From Camelus dromedarius (taxonomy: Eukaryota): a stretch of DNA of 64,000 nt. A program made the translations under genes and the position numbers. Position 1 is the first letter of the stretch. Each line of letters begins with the position of its first letter. Location of the stretch: NCBI RefSeq assembly GCF_036321535.1, contig NC_087438.1:12402001-12466000 (forward strand), read 5' to 3'. The notes beneath the pieces were generated by a model, which was given only the letters and a program-made list of their open reading frames with translations, searched no databases and was not told where the DNA came from. Positions 23,671 through 37,389 of this stretch are shown piece by piece.

Positions 23671-26653
23671 CCAGCCCCGCCTCCTTCTGACCCTGTTCAT
23701 GACTAATTCTCCATACTTCCTGCTCATACTCAGGCCCCTGGTATATTTATTCACAAGGTTATAATATAATGAATCAGTTCTTTAAGTAAATATTTTTCTT
23801 TATGAGAATTAATAACCCTAAGTAGAGTTTGAAAAATTCCCTAAGCTGCTTTTCTCCCAACCCCAGCAAACTCCTGATCCAATAAGAAAATAAATCCCAA
23901 GAACATGACAAACTACGAACTATTGCAAAGAAATCAGACACCTTTTGTGAAAAAATGAAGTAGGTGAAAAGGTAAAAACACTTGAATTTCTAGTAGACTT
24001 TCTGTCATCTTTGGCAAACCCTTTCACTTTCCTGTGCCTATTAAAGAATCTCTCAAAATAAAAATGGACGTTTCTCTTGCAAAGTGGAGCCCCCCCTAGG
24101 AAGAAATAATGATTATTTTCTCCATTTAAATACCTTTTAGGGAAATGTTGCAATCCGGCATCGGACTGTCATGTGCTCCCTCAGGTGACCTTGGGGACGT
24201 TCCCATCCTGACTGTCTGTTACTTGAAGGGACCCAAAGGGACCCCTGCTGTTTGCACAGGGATGTGTTCATCTTGCTGCCCGGCCTCCTCTTCGCTGTGC
24301 ACAAGCCCTGGCCCCGCTTCCCTCCCCGTCGATTCCAACCCTGGCAACTGCTCTTCAGAGGGTTGGCTAGGCAACTATAAGCACAAATGGCCCCGAACAA
24401 AAAAGGTCTTGTAGACTTTACGGAAGGAAAGCAAGCAGTCCAGAATGGCGTGATTGATACCCCCATGGCCCTCTCTTCCCACCGTGCAAGGCCTTGGCTC
24501 GGGGGACAGGGCTGGTGGAGAAAGCCATGCACCAGAGGGCCCCAGCATCCTCACGGCACTCCGTGCAGCTGCAGGTCTGGCCGACGGGGATCTGATTTTA
24601 TGCCTGAAGACGTGGCTTACACAGTGTTCAGCGTTCCTGCAGCAGGTGCTTCAATGGCTGGTATTTTTTTTTATTTCACCATAGACTCAGTAAGCTGAAA
24701 GAAATCACATACCACACACGGGAACATGCAAAACAAACATGCTCATCAAATCCCCATGAAAGTCAGGCCAAGCTGGGAAACAAGCTCCCACCTTTCTCAC
24801 TTACAGGGACTGAACCTGACTGGGGAACTTGAACGTTCCCTCGGAAATGCCAAACATCAGAATTCTGTTCTTTCTGGGCTCATCCCTCAAACTGTGTGCC
24901 CCTGGGAGTGCCCAGTGGATTTACATTAGTCATATGCTGACGCTTCAAAAAAACTCACATCCTGTAGATTCTAGTGAGACTCAGCTTCATCCTTATCACA
25001 CATGACTCCTTCGAATCCCATGGGCAAAGAATTTGGCTTGAGGGCTCTCTTTTTCCAGGAAGACCCAATGCTTATTGGGCTGTGCCTATTACAAACTGCG
25101 TCTTAGGTTGAAGTTAGTAACAGATGAGCTTTAGAAATTACATAGCCAAGGTAACGTAGTGTGCTTGCTTTATTTCAAACAGCGAGCAACTGGTATATGG
25201 CCAAGAGGTCAGGTCACAGGGCCGGGATGGCAGAGGGATGAGGGCCTCAAACCTGGAGCTCGAAGTGCTAGTTGGGTGTCCTTTGCATAGGCCACAGAGT
25301 TTGCTTTTAGGAAATGTGCTTTTTAAACCTGACCTTGCTTCTCCAAAGCAAATCTTGGTCATGTTTCCCGGAGGCCCATCCGATTGCCTTAACTCCCAGC
25401 GCATAAGATGGGGGCAGTGTTGGAAGTGAACCAGCCTCTCTCTGCTCCCCTCCAGGCAAGGCTCAGCCCCGGCCTCCGTCCCAACCCTCCTCATGCCTTC
25501 CTCTCTCTTGGCCTCGGGAGGCAGAACAAGGCCAGACTCGGAGAAGGCTGCTGCCACTTTCTCACAGAGAAGGGGAACCCAGGGGCAGGGACGGCTCATA
25601 CAGCTCCACCCTAAAAAAAAGATACAGGTGGAGAATATTCATTGATTTGGTTCTCAGTTTTATTTTCTGTTGAAGAAAAAAAATTTCTTTTCAAGTTAAG
25701 AAGAAAATTGTTTTGATGGAAACCTCTTTCAGTTTGGTTCACCAGAAAACCTTGGGGCTGATGATTAGCGAGGAAGACATACCCTTTATTTCGTGCATGT
25801 GCTTTGCAAAACTTTAATAGGTAATGCAACGAGCTCTGTAAATTGACCGATGAATCAATTAATGATGACAACTTCTGGCTTAGTGGGGTATCAAGTTTTC
25901 ACTCTATGAGCTGTCATCAGTAGTCAAATAACAGAGGAATGGGACCTAAACTTTAGGAGCGGCATATCTGAGGTGAAGGCAGCCTTAGGCAGGGTTGAGG
26001 ATGAGCCGGTCAAATCCTGAAAGCAAGAACATGCTTCAAAGTCTACAAATCCCTTAAAATTAGCTTCCTCTTCCAGTGTTCTAGAAACCTGGACTCTAAA
26101 CCCTCTTCTAAAACTTTGGGCTCCATCCCAGGAGCAATATGAGCCCTTCTTCCCAAACACGTCCTTTACCATCAAATGGACTGAAATCTATAAACAGGGG
26201 TTGGCATGGGCGTGGGGGGTTTACTTAGGGAAATCCATTTTCGAGCAGGACAGAATTATCTTAAATAATGAATAAGAAGCCACTGGTGGCAGAAGGCTTA
26301 TTGAACCACGGCAGTGTACTAAGCTCGATATGTTAATAATAAAACGAACAAAAATAAAGACGGTGCTTGGCTCTGCTTCATTCACCAACTGGGAAATGAA
26401 ATCATGAACGTGCTTTCTAAGTGGCTGGCTAGCTTCCATCAGGTAGAATGCCAAGTTTAAAAATAGGAAACCAAGCTTTGAAATATATTATCACAGAGGT
26501 TCTTCAGTAAATTCCATGTTTTTCAAAACTGTAGAGTCACTCAAGTCTTGGTATTTGGACGAGGCGCTGGGTTTTCAACTCTTTTTTCCCCCTTGTGAGA
26601 AGTTTGTAAATTCCAAATGAAAGACATGGTTTTCACTACCACGAATGAAAGAA

Positions 26654-26668
26654 GCCCTCTAGTGGTCA
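26654..26668 (-). promoter_or_regulatory. CTCF-like motif
   Basis: Minus strand reads TGACCACTAGAGGGC, matching the CTCF core CCAC/GYAGRGGGC. Motif match only. Confidence 0.45.
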
Positions 26669-27267
26669 CAAAGTGTACAGGTCAAAAGAAATGCAAACTG
26701 CCAACTTGTGCAGTTTCAGGGTTTAGTTTTAATGAGACTAATATTTAAGCCTCAAATTTACGAATGTTTTACCATTAGGAAAAGGAAAACACAAATTAAA
26801 AAGCAATGTTTTAACATACATGATGTAAGAATAGAGTGCCTAAAAAGAAACAGATTAATTGTAATTTGTCTCTTAACGAAAGCAGAAAAACAATCACGTT
26901 GTATAGGTTTCATAACTGTGGGCTTTTAAAATTAGGTGTTGCATCATCCTTTGATGAACAGCAGACAACTTGGCTCATTCAGGTCGTAAACCATCCTCTG
27001 TGGATTTGGAACGCAATAAACTCCTGTAGCTGGAGCACAGGGGTCTGGAATCAGTACTGTTTGAGTTTGCACAAAACCAGTCATTTCTCTCCTTGTGCCC
27101 CTTCGTTGATTTCTGGATTTAAGAAACTGATGCTCAGTGCTTGTATGCTTTTTCACTGGGCTTCTGTCAAGCCCGTTCTCCGGGTTGCTACTGGAGCGAC
27201 TATTGGCAGGGCCCGGCTTTGTCAAGCAGCTCTTGCTTTTCCTAAAGATATTTTCTTTCTGCGTGTA

Positions 27268-27925
27268 CTTTATTAAAAAATGAAATAACTCTAGGTTTTT
27301 AGGAAGTTGCAAGTAAAATAAACAGAGACATTCCGTGAACGCATCACCTAGGCTCCCCACCCATGGTTACATCTTACGTAACCACAGTAAACTAGCAAAA
27401 CCAGGGAACTGACGTTGGTACAATTCATAGAGCTTTATTCAGCTTTACAAACATTCATTTGTGTGTGTGTGTATGCATGTGTGTGTATGCAGTTCAGTGC
27501 AATTTTACCGCATGTGCATGTGTGTGTAGTTGGAGTACAGAATTGTGCCATTACCAAAAGACTTCCACCCGCCTCCCCTTTATACCCCACACCCAACTTT
27601 TCCACCAATCCCTTCCTTGTGGCAACCATTAACCTGTTCTCTATCTCCATAATTTTGCTATTTTGAAAATGTCGTGTAAACAGACTCCTACGATCTGTAA
27701 CTTTTGGAGATGAACTTTTTCACTCGGCCTATTTCCCTTGAGCGCTATCCAAATTGTTGCATGTCTCAAAAGTTCATTTGTTTCAGTGCTGAGCTGTATC
27801 CCATGGTGTGTCTATACCACACTTTGTTTAACCATTCACCCATTGAAGGACTTTTGAGTTATTTCTGCATTTTGGCTGTTATGAATAGCACTGCTAGGAA
27901 CATTCTTGTTTAGGGTTTTTGCTAG
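27268..27925 (-). mobile_element. L1MB-type 3' end
   Basis: ggaagttgcaa...catggttacatcttacgtaacc...aaaaccagggaactgacgttggtacaat...ggcaaccattaacctgttctctatctcc...tttgtttaaccattcacccattgaaggac...ttggctgttatgaatagcactgct. Confidence 0.85.
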
Positions 27926-28809
27926 ATTACAAAATGCTCATAAAAGAAATCAAAGAAAACCTAATAGCCCCCTTTTTAAGGAGAACCAACTCAGTCTCTT
28001 CAGCTGAAAGTCACATTCATCAATCTAATCCTTAGCCTCTTTGAGGGCTCTTAGAAGCCCTCCTGGATTCTGAGTTTAAGTTCTTACCCTTTTACTATAT
28101 GGCAAGATAAAATACCAATTACTGGCGTGATTTAGATTTCCATATATGGACTGATGACATATAGCTTTCATCCTTCCCATTGTCCCCGTCCCTAAAATGT
28201 ACTGTTAGGATCGGTGGTTTTCTAAGAGCTACGTGTGTCATAAATAACATAATCCAGTATGGTACCTAACAAACACCTTACTTTTAATTTTCTGTCATGT
28301 GACTAGAAAATTGAACATGATCCATGCAGCTCATATGATATGTCTGCTGGATAGTGATGTCCTGTGAAGAAGTGGAGGCCTGGGGAGGCTAAGGAACTTG
28401 CCCCAAGTCCCACTGTAAACACTTTATGTGATGTCCTCCGTTTGTGCTTGTTTTCATTCCAAGACTGCTGATGGGCTGTGTGTCAATGTCATGAGTTTGT
28501 GTTAAACTTGTGAAGGCAGGAAGAGATCCTTGTGTTCCTCCTGATGGACCGGTCAGAAACTGTCCAAACCCTTTTGGATGAAGGGGTCCATTTGGGGATG
28601 CCATCCATGCTTTCTTTTTGTGTCTCCTGGATGCCACCGCCATGCAGTAGCCTTGAGGAAACTTTGCCTCCTATGTCCCAGAGGCTACAGATATGTTATA
28701 ATGGCCTTCTATCTTCCATGCTTCTCCCAGGTCTTTCATTAGTCCTGAAAGTGGATGCCAGTTCCTGTGTGTTTAAGCCCATCTCAGAATTTGTGTCGTG
28801 TCCTCAACA

Positions 28810-29060
28810 TGTCTGGTTAATATTGGCTCACATTTATTTAGTAATAATCCCCAATGATGTACTGTGAATTATACTATTTAGTCCTCATAATAACCAAATG
28901 AGGTCCTTACTGGCATGGTTCCATTTCACAGATGAGGAAACTGAGGATTCATGAGATTACATAAACTGCCCAAGATGCACAGGCAGAAAGGGCGTACGCC
29001 ACAATTCTAGTCTTTGCCATCTGACCCTCGAATTCCTGACCCTGACCATGAGTGTGTACC
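28810..29060 (-). mobile_element. MIR SINE
   Basis: atttagtcctcataataacc...ccatttcacagatgaggaaactgagg...aactgcccaagatgcaca. Confidence 0.8.
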
Positions 29061-29517
29061 GCTCTTTCAGTGGGAGACTTGCTCTGAACAGAGGAATAAG
29101 TCCTCTATTCACAAGAGGAACTTTATTCAAAGACCAAGTCCTCATATTCTAAAACATCCCCGTAAAACTCACAAAGCGTAACTGCCTGTGCCTTGTATGA
29201 CACACCCCACCCCGACACTGTGAGAATCTGTGTTTGATGCCTATGGACTTTCCTTCCCTCAATTCAGGGTGTATTCTCTTCAGGCGAAGATGCCTGTGCC
29301 TGCCCGTACCCTCCCAGAACGATACTGAAGGGTTTTGCTGTGTGACTCCAAAGTCCTAAAGTTTCTTCAATCTTATCTGAATTTATGAGCTTATTTAAAG
29401 TGATTTGTCTGTGCAGAAGGCTGGTGTCCATGGTCCACCGTTCGTGCAAAAGCCTTGGCTATCCTGCTTATCCTGGGATGGTCAAATCTTCGAGCTGAAG
29501 GAGATGATTTTCTGCTG

Positions 29518-29718
29518 CAGGGGTCAGCAAATGTTCTCTGTAAAGCTCCAGACAGCAAATCCTTGAGACTCTGCAGGTCACACAGCCTTTGTTGCAAATG
29601 CTCAGCTCTGCTAACTTGGAATAAAAGCAGCCATGGACAACATGTAGACAAATGGTCTTGGCCGTGTTCCAATAAAACTTTATTTACAAAAACAGGGGCT
29701 GTAGTTTGCCAACCTCGG
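29518..29718 (+). mobile_element. MER58A-like hAT-Charlie element
   Basis: caggggtcagcaaa...ctgtaaag...aaagcagccatggacaac...gtgttccaataaaactttatttacaaaaacagg...gtagtttgccaacc. The 8 bp flanks ttctgctg/ttctagtg resemble a TSD. Confidence 0.88.
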
Positions 29719-30334
29719 TTCTAGTGAAATGCTCTCCTTTCATAGCTGAGGGAAGGGGTCTGGAAGGAGCAGCTTGATCGCTATCAGACGCTGGTTTGTT
29801 GTAGAAAAGGTCTAGAAGTCAGACCCCCAGGCTATCAGCAGTTTTTCTACTATATTATACTTATTTCTATTTAATTTCCTTCTCCATCTCTTTTTAAAAT
29901 TGTATAAGTTTAAACATTCAAAAAGAGGTAAAGAATAATGTAAAAAACAGATGCATGTGACCATCACCAAGCCTAAGAAAACAAATTACAAATATGATTG
30001 AAGCTTTGTGCATCTCCTTCACAAGCCCTACCTCCTAGGTAACCATTACCCTGACTTCGATGCTTGGCAGGCTCTTGCTAGTCCTCCTCCTCCTGTATAT
30101 ATATCTTAAAACAATGCGAACAATAATTTTAGAGATACGTTTTTTCCTCCAAGTAACAAAAGGTTAGAAACCTAAATTACCACTAGCAGAAAAATGGGCA
30201 AATTACATTTGGTAAAAGATCCAATTTTTCCCCCCTAAAATTCCTGATTAGAAACGTATTGTTTAAAAGAGAATTGGCAACAAGATACACATAGAACATT
30301 TTGTGAATCTAAGGCAACTTGTAAAGATACAGGG

Positions 30335-30500
30335 CCAAATTTCCAGCTGAGTGACCTTGGGCAAGTTACTCACCCTCTCTGTGCCTCAATCTGTAACATT
30401 AGAAGGAAGAAGAATGTCCACCTCTTGGGGCTGCAGAGAGGGTTAAGGTATGTCACGTGCCCACAACAGTGTCTAGAATACAGTGTTAGCTCTTATTGCC
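30335..30500 (+). mobile_element. MIR SINE
   Basis: agctgagtgaccttgggcaagttactcaccctctctgtgcctca. Confidence 0.8.
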
Positions 30501-31114
30501 TTTAACATCTGTAATTTAAAGTTTCAACTTTTAAGCTTTTATGTTAGGAATGAAGATAATGAAAAGATAACTGCAGATGTTACTTACTTAGATGGAGCTG
30601 CCAATTCTCCAGATGGAGAGCCGGTATACAGTTGGAAATGACTTTGATAAAGCAGGCGTGTTGTTGAAGGAAATATATGCTGAGGGACAAGAATTTAGTA
30701 AATAGCTATGAAAAGAGATAACATTAGTTACAATCCACAGATAGACGCCGAGACGGGAATACAGCACTGGGAGTAGCTCAAGAGTGGAAACCAGGGATCC
30801 AGCTGCAGGCTTCACCGCGCGGGAGAAGGATCATCTCAGCCAGTTCCAGAACCTCTCCAAGCAGCATCCTTCCCTGTGAAATGTGGGTCACGACTGACCT
30901 ACTGCTCAGGGTCAGGATGAGCAACAAAGGAGGCACCACTGTCACTGTTGCTGTTGGGATTATTATGGGAACACGTCTGGTGGCAGAATGGCCCGGATGG
31001 GGTGGACTCAGTTTACGAAGTGAGTTTTCTTCAGAAATGATCCAGTTCTGTGAGAGAAAGTCATCATGATACTGAGATGCGGGAAGAGAAACAGGAACGG
31101 TTTAAGGAATCCTT

Positions 31115-31210
31115 TGTATTTTTTCTTTTTACTGGCAGTGCTGGGGATTGAACCCACATGACCTCATGCGTGCTAAGCATGTGCTCTACCACTGAGTGCT
31201 GACCCTCCCC
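31115..31210 (-). mobile_element. Camelid tRNA-derived SINE (vic-1-like), short form
   Basis: Reverse of GGGGAGGGTCAGCACTCAGTGGTAGAGCACATGCTTAGC...GGGTTCAATCCCCAG. TSD taaggaatcctt at 31103-31114 and 31211-31222. Confidence 0.9.
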
Positions 31211-33091
31211 TAAGGAATCCTTCTTTTTTGTCCCATGTTTTTCCTCTAAGTGTTCCACCTTAGTCCAAACTTCCCTAGAAAACATTTTTTGTTTGTTTCT
31301 TCGTTTCTGTTGTTAAAGAAAGGATGTGAAGAAACCAGAGGCACAAAAATGTTGCAAAGGATGACGATTAGTTTTGTGCTAAAAAGGCTCAGAAGGTTGG
31401 GATTGTTTGGCCCGGAGACAAGCAGGCTGAGGGAGGCTTAATGATAATCTTTAGGCACATGGCAGGTCCTAATGTGGGGAACATGCTCCAGCTTTTCGTC
31501 AGTTTCGCAGAGGACAAAATTAGTGGACTCGGACTTGAATTAAAGAGGAGGGATTTCACATCTGTAACTGTGATCAAAAGTCACAGCGACCAGCGTTTTC
31601 AGGGGGCTACAAAGAGAGAATGGGAGTTGGCCTCGAGAGGTTTGAAGGAAAGCAAAAACAAAGGGACACCATTAAGATGTGCTTTTGAAGATCTCTTCCA
31701 GGCCAGTAGGGCTGCTGTTTGAATCTCACCCTAGGCCAAGAATGTAAAAATTAGTGTAAGACGTCAGACCATTTTCTCATTTTCAGCGCTAACTGGTATT
31801 TTCTCACCGATAGCTGGGGTGTTTATCAAGTCCATCCGTTCCTGGAGCCCCTTTCTTCGTGCTTCTGTTCCTCCAGCTCCATCCTACGGTTAAACTTCCG
31901 GTTAAATCTGCCCCTGCGTGTTTCCGTCTACTTCTCTTTACTTCTGTTCCATCTCCTGGGACTCATCCTCCTGTCTCCTCTCTGAGTCACCTGTCTCCGT
32001 CCTCCATTGTCTAAGTTCACCGAGCGGCACGTAATTGTTTTTCATTTTTTTAAATTTCTGTTTCTAGAACTCCAGAATCAAGAGACACCTTGACAGCATC
32101 TGTAATCATCTACCGTCACAGGCATTTACATTTTGTGCTCCAGACGCCCACATTCCTAAGAAGCATTTGTGACATGTATTTCCTATCTATGAAAATGCAC
32201 AGGGTCAGCCTTTTCATCAAAATATAATTAAAGTTCATTCTCGAATTATAACACTTATGGTAAGGTATGATACACGCAGACGTTTGGAAGGCACTGCCGT
32301 GGGTCACATCTGGCCTTCTGGTTTTTGTACCGCCTTGTGGGCAAAGAATGGCTTTTACGTTTTATAAACATTTGAAAAAAATACTAACTAGGAAGCAACA
32401 CTTACAGTTGTAGCTTCAGTTCTCCTGCTCTTTAAAGTGATGAAACCATGTGGCAAAATAGAGAAAAAGCATATAAAGGTGTGCAAGGAGGGAAGTCCTG
32501 CCTCATGTCTGGCAAGAAATTGATCTGTCCAGAAGTGGAAATTCACATGTAGGAGGATTAAGTGATAATTCTCACAATGTGTTCACAGTAAGCGCTCACA
32601 ATGTGTGCATATGAATTTAATAAAGTGCTTTCCTATGACATATATGCTGTGTGTGCTGTGTGTGTGACCATATTATAATGCAGGATATATAAACATGTGA
32701 TTTTTATACTACAGCTTACAATGGACCAGGAGATTTGCATCTCAAGACACAAAGCTATTTTGTTACAATCTCCTCTCCCATCCTACACATTAGTACATCA
32801 TACAACAATCTATTTCCAGGACAACACTACTTGAACTCTCATTAGGTACCAGGCACTGTGTTGGGTGCTGACGATGCAAAGAAAAGTGTAGCCTGGTCCC
32901 TGGCCTTAGGAGATGGCAGTGAATGAACTAGTGCAAATCGTATCTTCTAAAGCCTTGTTTTCTGCTATCAAAACTATAGGCATATGACCCAGCAATTCCA
33001 CGTTTAGGTACATACTCCATGATTCTAATCATGATTCTAAACATTCTAAGTTCTGCTGGTTCTCCTTGAGTTTAAACTAGCAGTTTGATAG

Positions 33092-33644
33092 TGTGGGGGA
33101 GTGTAAAAATGGCCACAAGTTCTGTCCCTCCCCGCATCTGTGCCCTTGCTGTGCGAACGTGTGTCCTCCCATCAAGAGAGGAAGTCTGTTTCTCCATCTC
33201 TTGAGTCTGAGCTGAACTTGTGGCTTTCTTTGATCAACAGCACGGGGTGGAAATAATCTGTGTCAGTTCTGATCCTAAGACGCAAGAAGCCTTGCAACTT
33301 TTGCTCTCTCTCTCTCTTCCTACGCCAGCCGGAGCTAACCGCCTGCAAGATGAGATGCCACGTGGAAGACAACCATGGTGCCCCAGTCAAAAACCAGCCA
33401 ACTGCCAGACATGTGAATGAGGCGAGCGGGGGAGAGCCAGCCTCCAGAGGACCCACCCATCAACCTCAAACCAGCAGCTGATCACAGATACATGTGTGAC
33501 TGTAGCGGAGAACACAGAAGAATCACCCAGCTGAGCCCAAACCAAATTACTGACCCATGTCCTTGTGAACTAAATAAAGAACTGGGCTTAGATGGCACTC
33601 CATTTTGAGATAATTTGCTCTGCAGCAAACGTTTGACTGAAGAC
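33092..33644 (+). mobile_element. MLT1G/H-like MaLR solo LTR
   Basis: aaaaatggccacaa...ctcccatcaagagaggaagtctgtttctccatctcttgagtctgagctg...ccagccaactgccagacatgtgaatgagg...cccagctgagccca...aataaa. Confidence 0.85.
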
Positions 33645-34182
33645 AGATCACCATCTTAATCGATGTCTCTTTAATTTGCCTAATTCAATTAAACATCTTT
33701 TTAATGCAATCACGTGTATACGAGTTATTTGCTTTCTAATTTGAACTTGAAGTCTTTGATTTTTTTTTTTAAATATTGTAACTCACAAACCTCACGGGTG
33801 GGGCAGGCTTTGTTGTTGTTTTCCTGCATTTTTCTTAGGAACCACATTGAGCATCACAAAGGCTTGTATTTTTCAGGGTCCAAAGCAAAGCAACTACAAA
33901 AACAAACCCTTGAAATTTTCCAACCCTTGATGAAACATTGTGACATCTGGTTTCTTGAAGTGTCTTAATGAAAATCAGCTCTAACGGCAGAGAAAAGCTC
34001 AAAGTCTCAAGAAAGAAGAAATAGACTTTAGCCCATAGTCTCATCTACTACCTGTTCAAACACATGACTGCAGGCATGGTTAAGTAATTTAAAATGAAAG
34101 GTAATTCTCTCTCATTCAGCTAAAGAGAAATCATTCTAAACATTTTCTGTGTTTTTGGACAGTAATTAAAAGGAGTATTTTA

Positions 34183-34350
34183 TTTTATTTTATTTTAAAA
34201 TTTTTTTTGAATTTTTTTTGGGGGGTGAGAGAGGGAGGTAATTAGGGTTATTTATTTATTTTTAGCTTTGGAGGAGGTACTGGGGCTTGAGCCAAGGACC
34301 TCATATATCCTAAACATGTGCTCTACCACTTGAGCTATACCCTCCCCTAC
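34183..34350 (-). mobile_element. Camelid tRNA-derived SINE, long form
   Basis: Reverse of GGGGAGGGTATAGCTCAAGTGGTAGAGCACATG...CCCCAGTACCTCCTCC...AAATAAATAAATAACCCTAATTACCTCCC. TSD aaaaggagtatttta at 34168-34182 and 34351-34365. Confidence 0.92.
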
Positions 34351-36920
34351 AAAAGGAGTATTTTAGGGGATTGGTCCCTATGCCAGAATATGAAAGTTAG
34401 AGTCATTTTTCCACCATACAGCAGTAATGTTGGGCATAAGTGCCTCATTTGTTTTATGATATTTGTAATAAATGGATAAATCGGAAAATCACAATTGCAT
34501 TTCCCAAATGGCATGGGCAAAAGCCATTATGACTGGCAAGAAATTTGGAGGAGGGGGGAAGTTTCTTTCAAAAATAAAACCCCAAAACAGAAGACAGCTG
34601 TTTTTAAACACGTGAAGTGCAGAAAGATAAATTCCACCCTAACCATTGTTTCACAAAGTGCAAGAACTTCCCAAGGGTCTGTTGTGACTGTAAATGCTTT
34701 TGCCCTCGTTAGGAAACTGTAGTATCTCCTCATAAAGTCTGCTTTTAATTTTCATCAAACCTGGAGGCAAAAATGAAAAATATGTAGCCCTCTTCTTTGG
34801 AATTTTAAAATGATTTATTTTGGCCAGTGTGGAGAATATTTCCACATGGACAGCGTTACTCTCCCTGTCATAGAACAACCTGGACTGAGACGTATTTTGA
34901 AAAGCCAGCCAAAAAGCCAGTTTCACAAGAAACACATGAGATAGTTGTGCCAATCTGTTGCATGTTAATGTGAGGACAGCAATTGTTCTGTGTGTGTGTG
35001 ACCTTTTAATAAATATCCCAGAGCCTCTCATTGAAAAAAACACTCTTTCATGCTGACCCTTTAACAAGAGAACTGAGCAAAATCTCACAGCGAATTAGAG
35101 AGTCAATAAAGTCATTAAAAATAAACTGTCGGATTATGAGATGCTCTTTTTTCCTCATTTTTGCTCTTTTGGTAAATGTTATTCTGACCCTTATTTTAAG
35201 TTGTCTTACTCTTTTGACCAGATGAGTTATGACTAATGACTTATCACTAAATGTGACCCCCGTGGAACTCTATGGCTTTATAGATGCCTCTTGAGAATAA
35301 CAAACATCAATGGAGATAGTTTGTTATACATCCGAGTGGAAATAAAATGAAAATTATTCTCAGTCTACTTGTGTTTATGTCTTTTTGGCTACTGGCTGCT
35401 TGCCAAAAGCCCTTGGTCAGCCTGTGTAAAACACTATTTATTCAAAGTAATGAGCACTCCTTGTTACCCCAAATTTTAACTTCTCACTGTTTAGAGGCAT
35501 TAAAATAAGCAGACGATGGAATGCTTGTGATAGATTCTGCATCATGACCTAACGATTGTGCAACACACTTCCTCCAGCAAACGTTTTCCCCCCAAGTTCA
35601 TCACTTAGAGTGACGCCACCCCTCTTTGGGAGAGAGCCCCGGGAGCCCCGAGTCAAGGGCCTCCTCTCTGACCTATGACCCAGGCACGAAGCAGATCTCT
35701 GTGGGAAACTGCTGTGGGTGATGGCATCCTCTATTTCAAGGTTTTGAAAAACAAATAAGGCGAATTTAGGATGCAGGCTTCTGCAAAAAGTGAAGTGGGA
35801 GGCTGTCAGGGGTGCTGGTATAATTGCTCATTTGCGGAGATTTTTCACAAAGAGTGTCTCTGGGGTCCTGGGATCCCCACAGCAACTAAAGGACTTCTGT
35901 TCTGGCCACAAACAGGGAACACAGGAGCCAATGATCCAATACTCTTTTTGGACCTGTCTGTGCTTCCCCCGTTTTAGTCTATTTTAGGTAGCTGGTTACA
36001 TGATCATATAAACAGCTACGAAAGCCCCAGAATGAAGTATGCAGTTGCATTCATCTGGGAAAACTTTTATTGCATGCCTATCGTGTGGAGGGCTTTGTCC
36101 TGGGTCCTGAATGTAAATTGCGGTCTTTGCTGTCCGTACACAGAGCCCGAGTTCCCTTTGGGACGGGGCGGGCGTGCACGTACACACAGATGCCAGGGAA
36201 ATCCCTGCTGGCCTGCGATTCACAAAATCCACACAGAGTTAGGAAGCCCCTGCTGGAGGATGCAAGTTACAATTTAAGGATGCTCTTGCTGCAAATGTAT
36301 TCAAACGACGTTCCAGACATTATAACATGAAAGGTACATGAATGTGGGGGACCGCCGTGGAATCACTTTTGGGTTCAACTGTCCAGTTGTTCCAATTTAT
36401 AGGGAGACGTTCTTTAGAACAAGCTAAGCAGGGGTGTAGGGCTGGCTTCTCCTCGAGCTGGTTGAGACAGAATTATAACCTATTTGGCCTTTTGTTTTCT
36501 TCTAGCTATTTCAATCGTCATAGCAGGTGGAAGTGAACTGGGGAAATCAGAGCTTCTTCTGATTTAACACTGGTTTCTGACTCTAGCATTCTTCTTTCAG
36601 AACTTTGGGTGGGTCACAGATTTCTTAAGCTTCAGTTTATCTGGAGATAGAGCATGGATTTCCTTCTTAGGTAGACTCCTCAGTATTACAAAACAGGGCA
36701 ATTCCAGGCCCACTACTGTCTAGTCTAAGGTCTGGACACTTGACTGAGATCAGCTCATACAGAGGAACTGGCGGTAGAAGCGGGGTCACAGGGATGGAGT
36801 AGCAGGTTCCAGCCCTTCTGCCTTCATGGGGGCAACAACCCTTTTTTTCTTGATCCCAAGCTCCCCGAAGTTACTGACCTTGAGCAATATCCTCCAGGCT
36901 GTGTGTAGGGCGTCTTTAGG

Positions 36921-37037
36921 TTGGGGGACCAGCTGTCCTGGTTTTTCCAGGACTGTCCCAGTTTCAGTCCTGAAAGTTCCATGCATTCCAGGAATGGCCC
37001 CCAGTCCTGGGGAAATCAGGAGAGCTAGCCCACTCTC
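36921..37037. mobile_element. MER81-like hAT-Blackjack MITE
   Basis: ggggaccagctgtcctggttt...ggactgtcccagtttcagtcctgaaagttcc...cagtcctggggaaatcagga, with terminal inverted structure. Confidence 0.7.
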
Positions 37038-37095
37038 AGCTCTAAGAGAAATACTGAGCACAGAATGGTTCTGTAGTCAAAAAACTTTAGAAACT

Positions 37096-37205
37096 GGGGG
37101 TAGGGTATAGCTCAGTGGTAGAGTGCGTGCTTACCATGCATGCAGTCCTGGGTTCAATCATCAGTACCTCCATTTAAAAATAAAAGAAAACAAAACCAAA
37201 CCAAA
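37096..37205 (+). mobile_element. Camelid tRNA-derived SINE
   Basis: gggggtagggtatagctcagtggtagagtgcgtgctt...gtcctgggttcaatc...agtacctcc followed by an A-rich tail. Confidence 0.9.
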
Positions 37206-37389
37206 AAACATGAGAAATGGCTTCCTACGGTTTTCACCTTTTAGAGATATAAAAGAGAATACACGGAGGCACTTGATGAGTTCTTCAGCAAGTACACCTG
37301 TTAAAACTTATTGTTACCCAAACATACAGCTACGGACCCCTTGGAAACATCTGTTGATGATAACTTGGAAAATACTCTTATGGTTCTGC

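Noticed and set aside
15746..27360. Longer ORFs in unique sequence (15746-16165, 24137-24532, 25138-25599, 26836-27276, 26944-27360)
   Set aside because: No recognisable domains, many non-ATG starts, and lengths within what non-coding mammalian DNA gives by chance.
37096..37175. tRNA gene (A box TAGCTCAGTGGTAGAG, B box GGTTCAATC)
   Set aside because: No proper acceptor stem, followed by an A-tail, and three similar copies with TSDs occur elsewhere; it is a SINE head.
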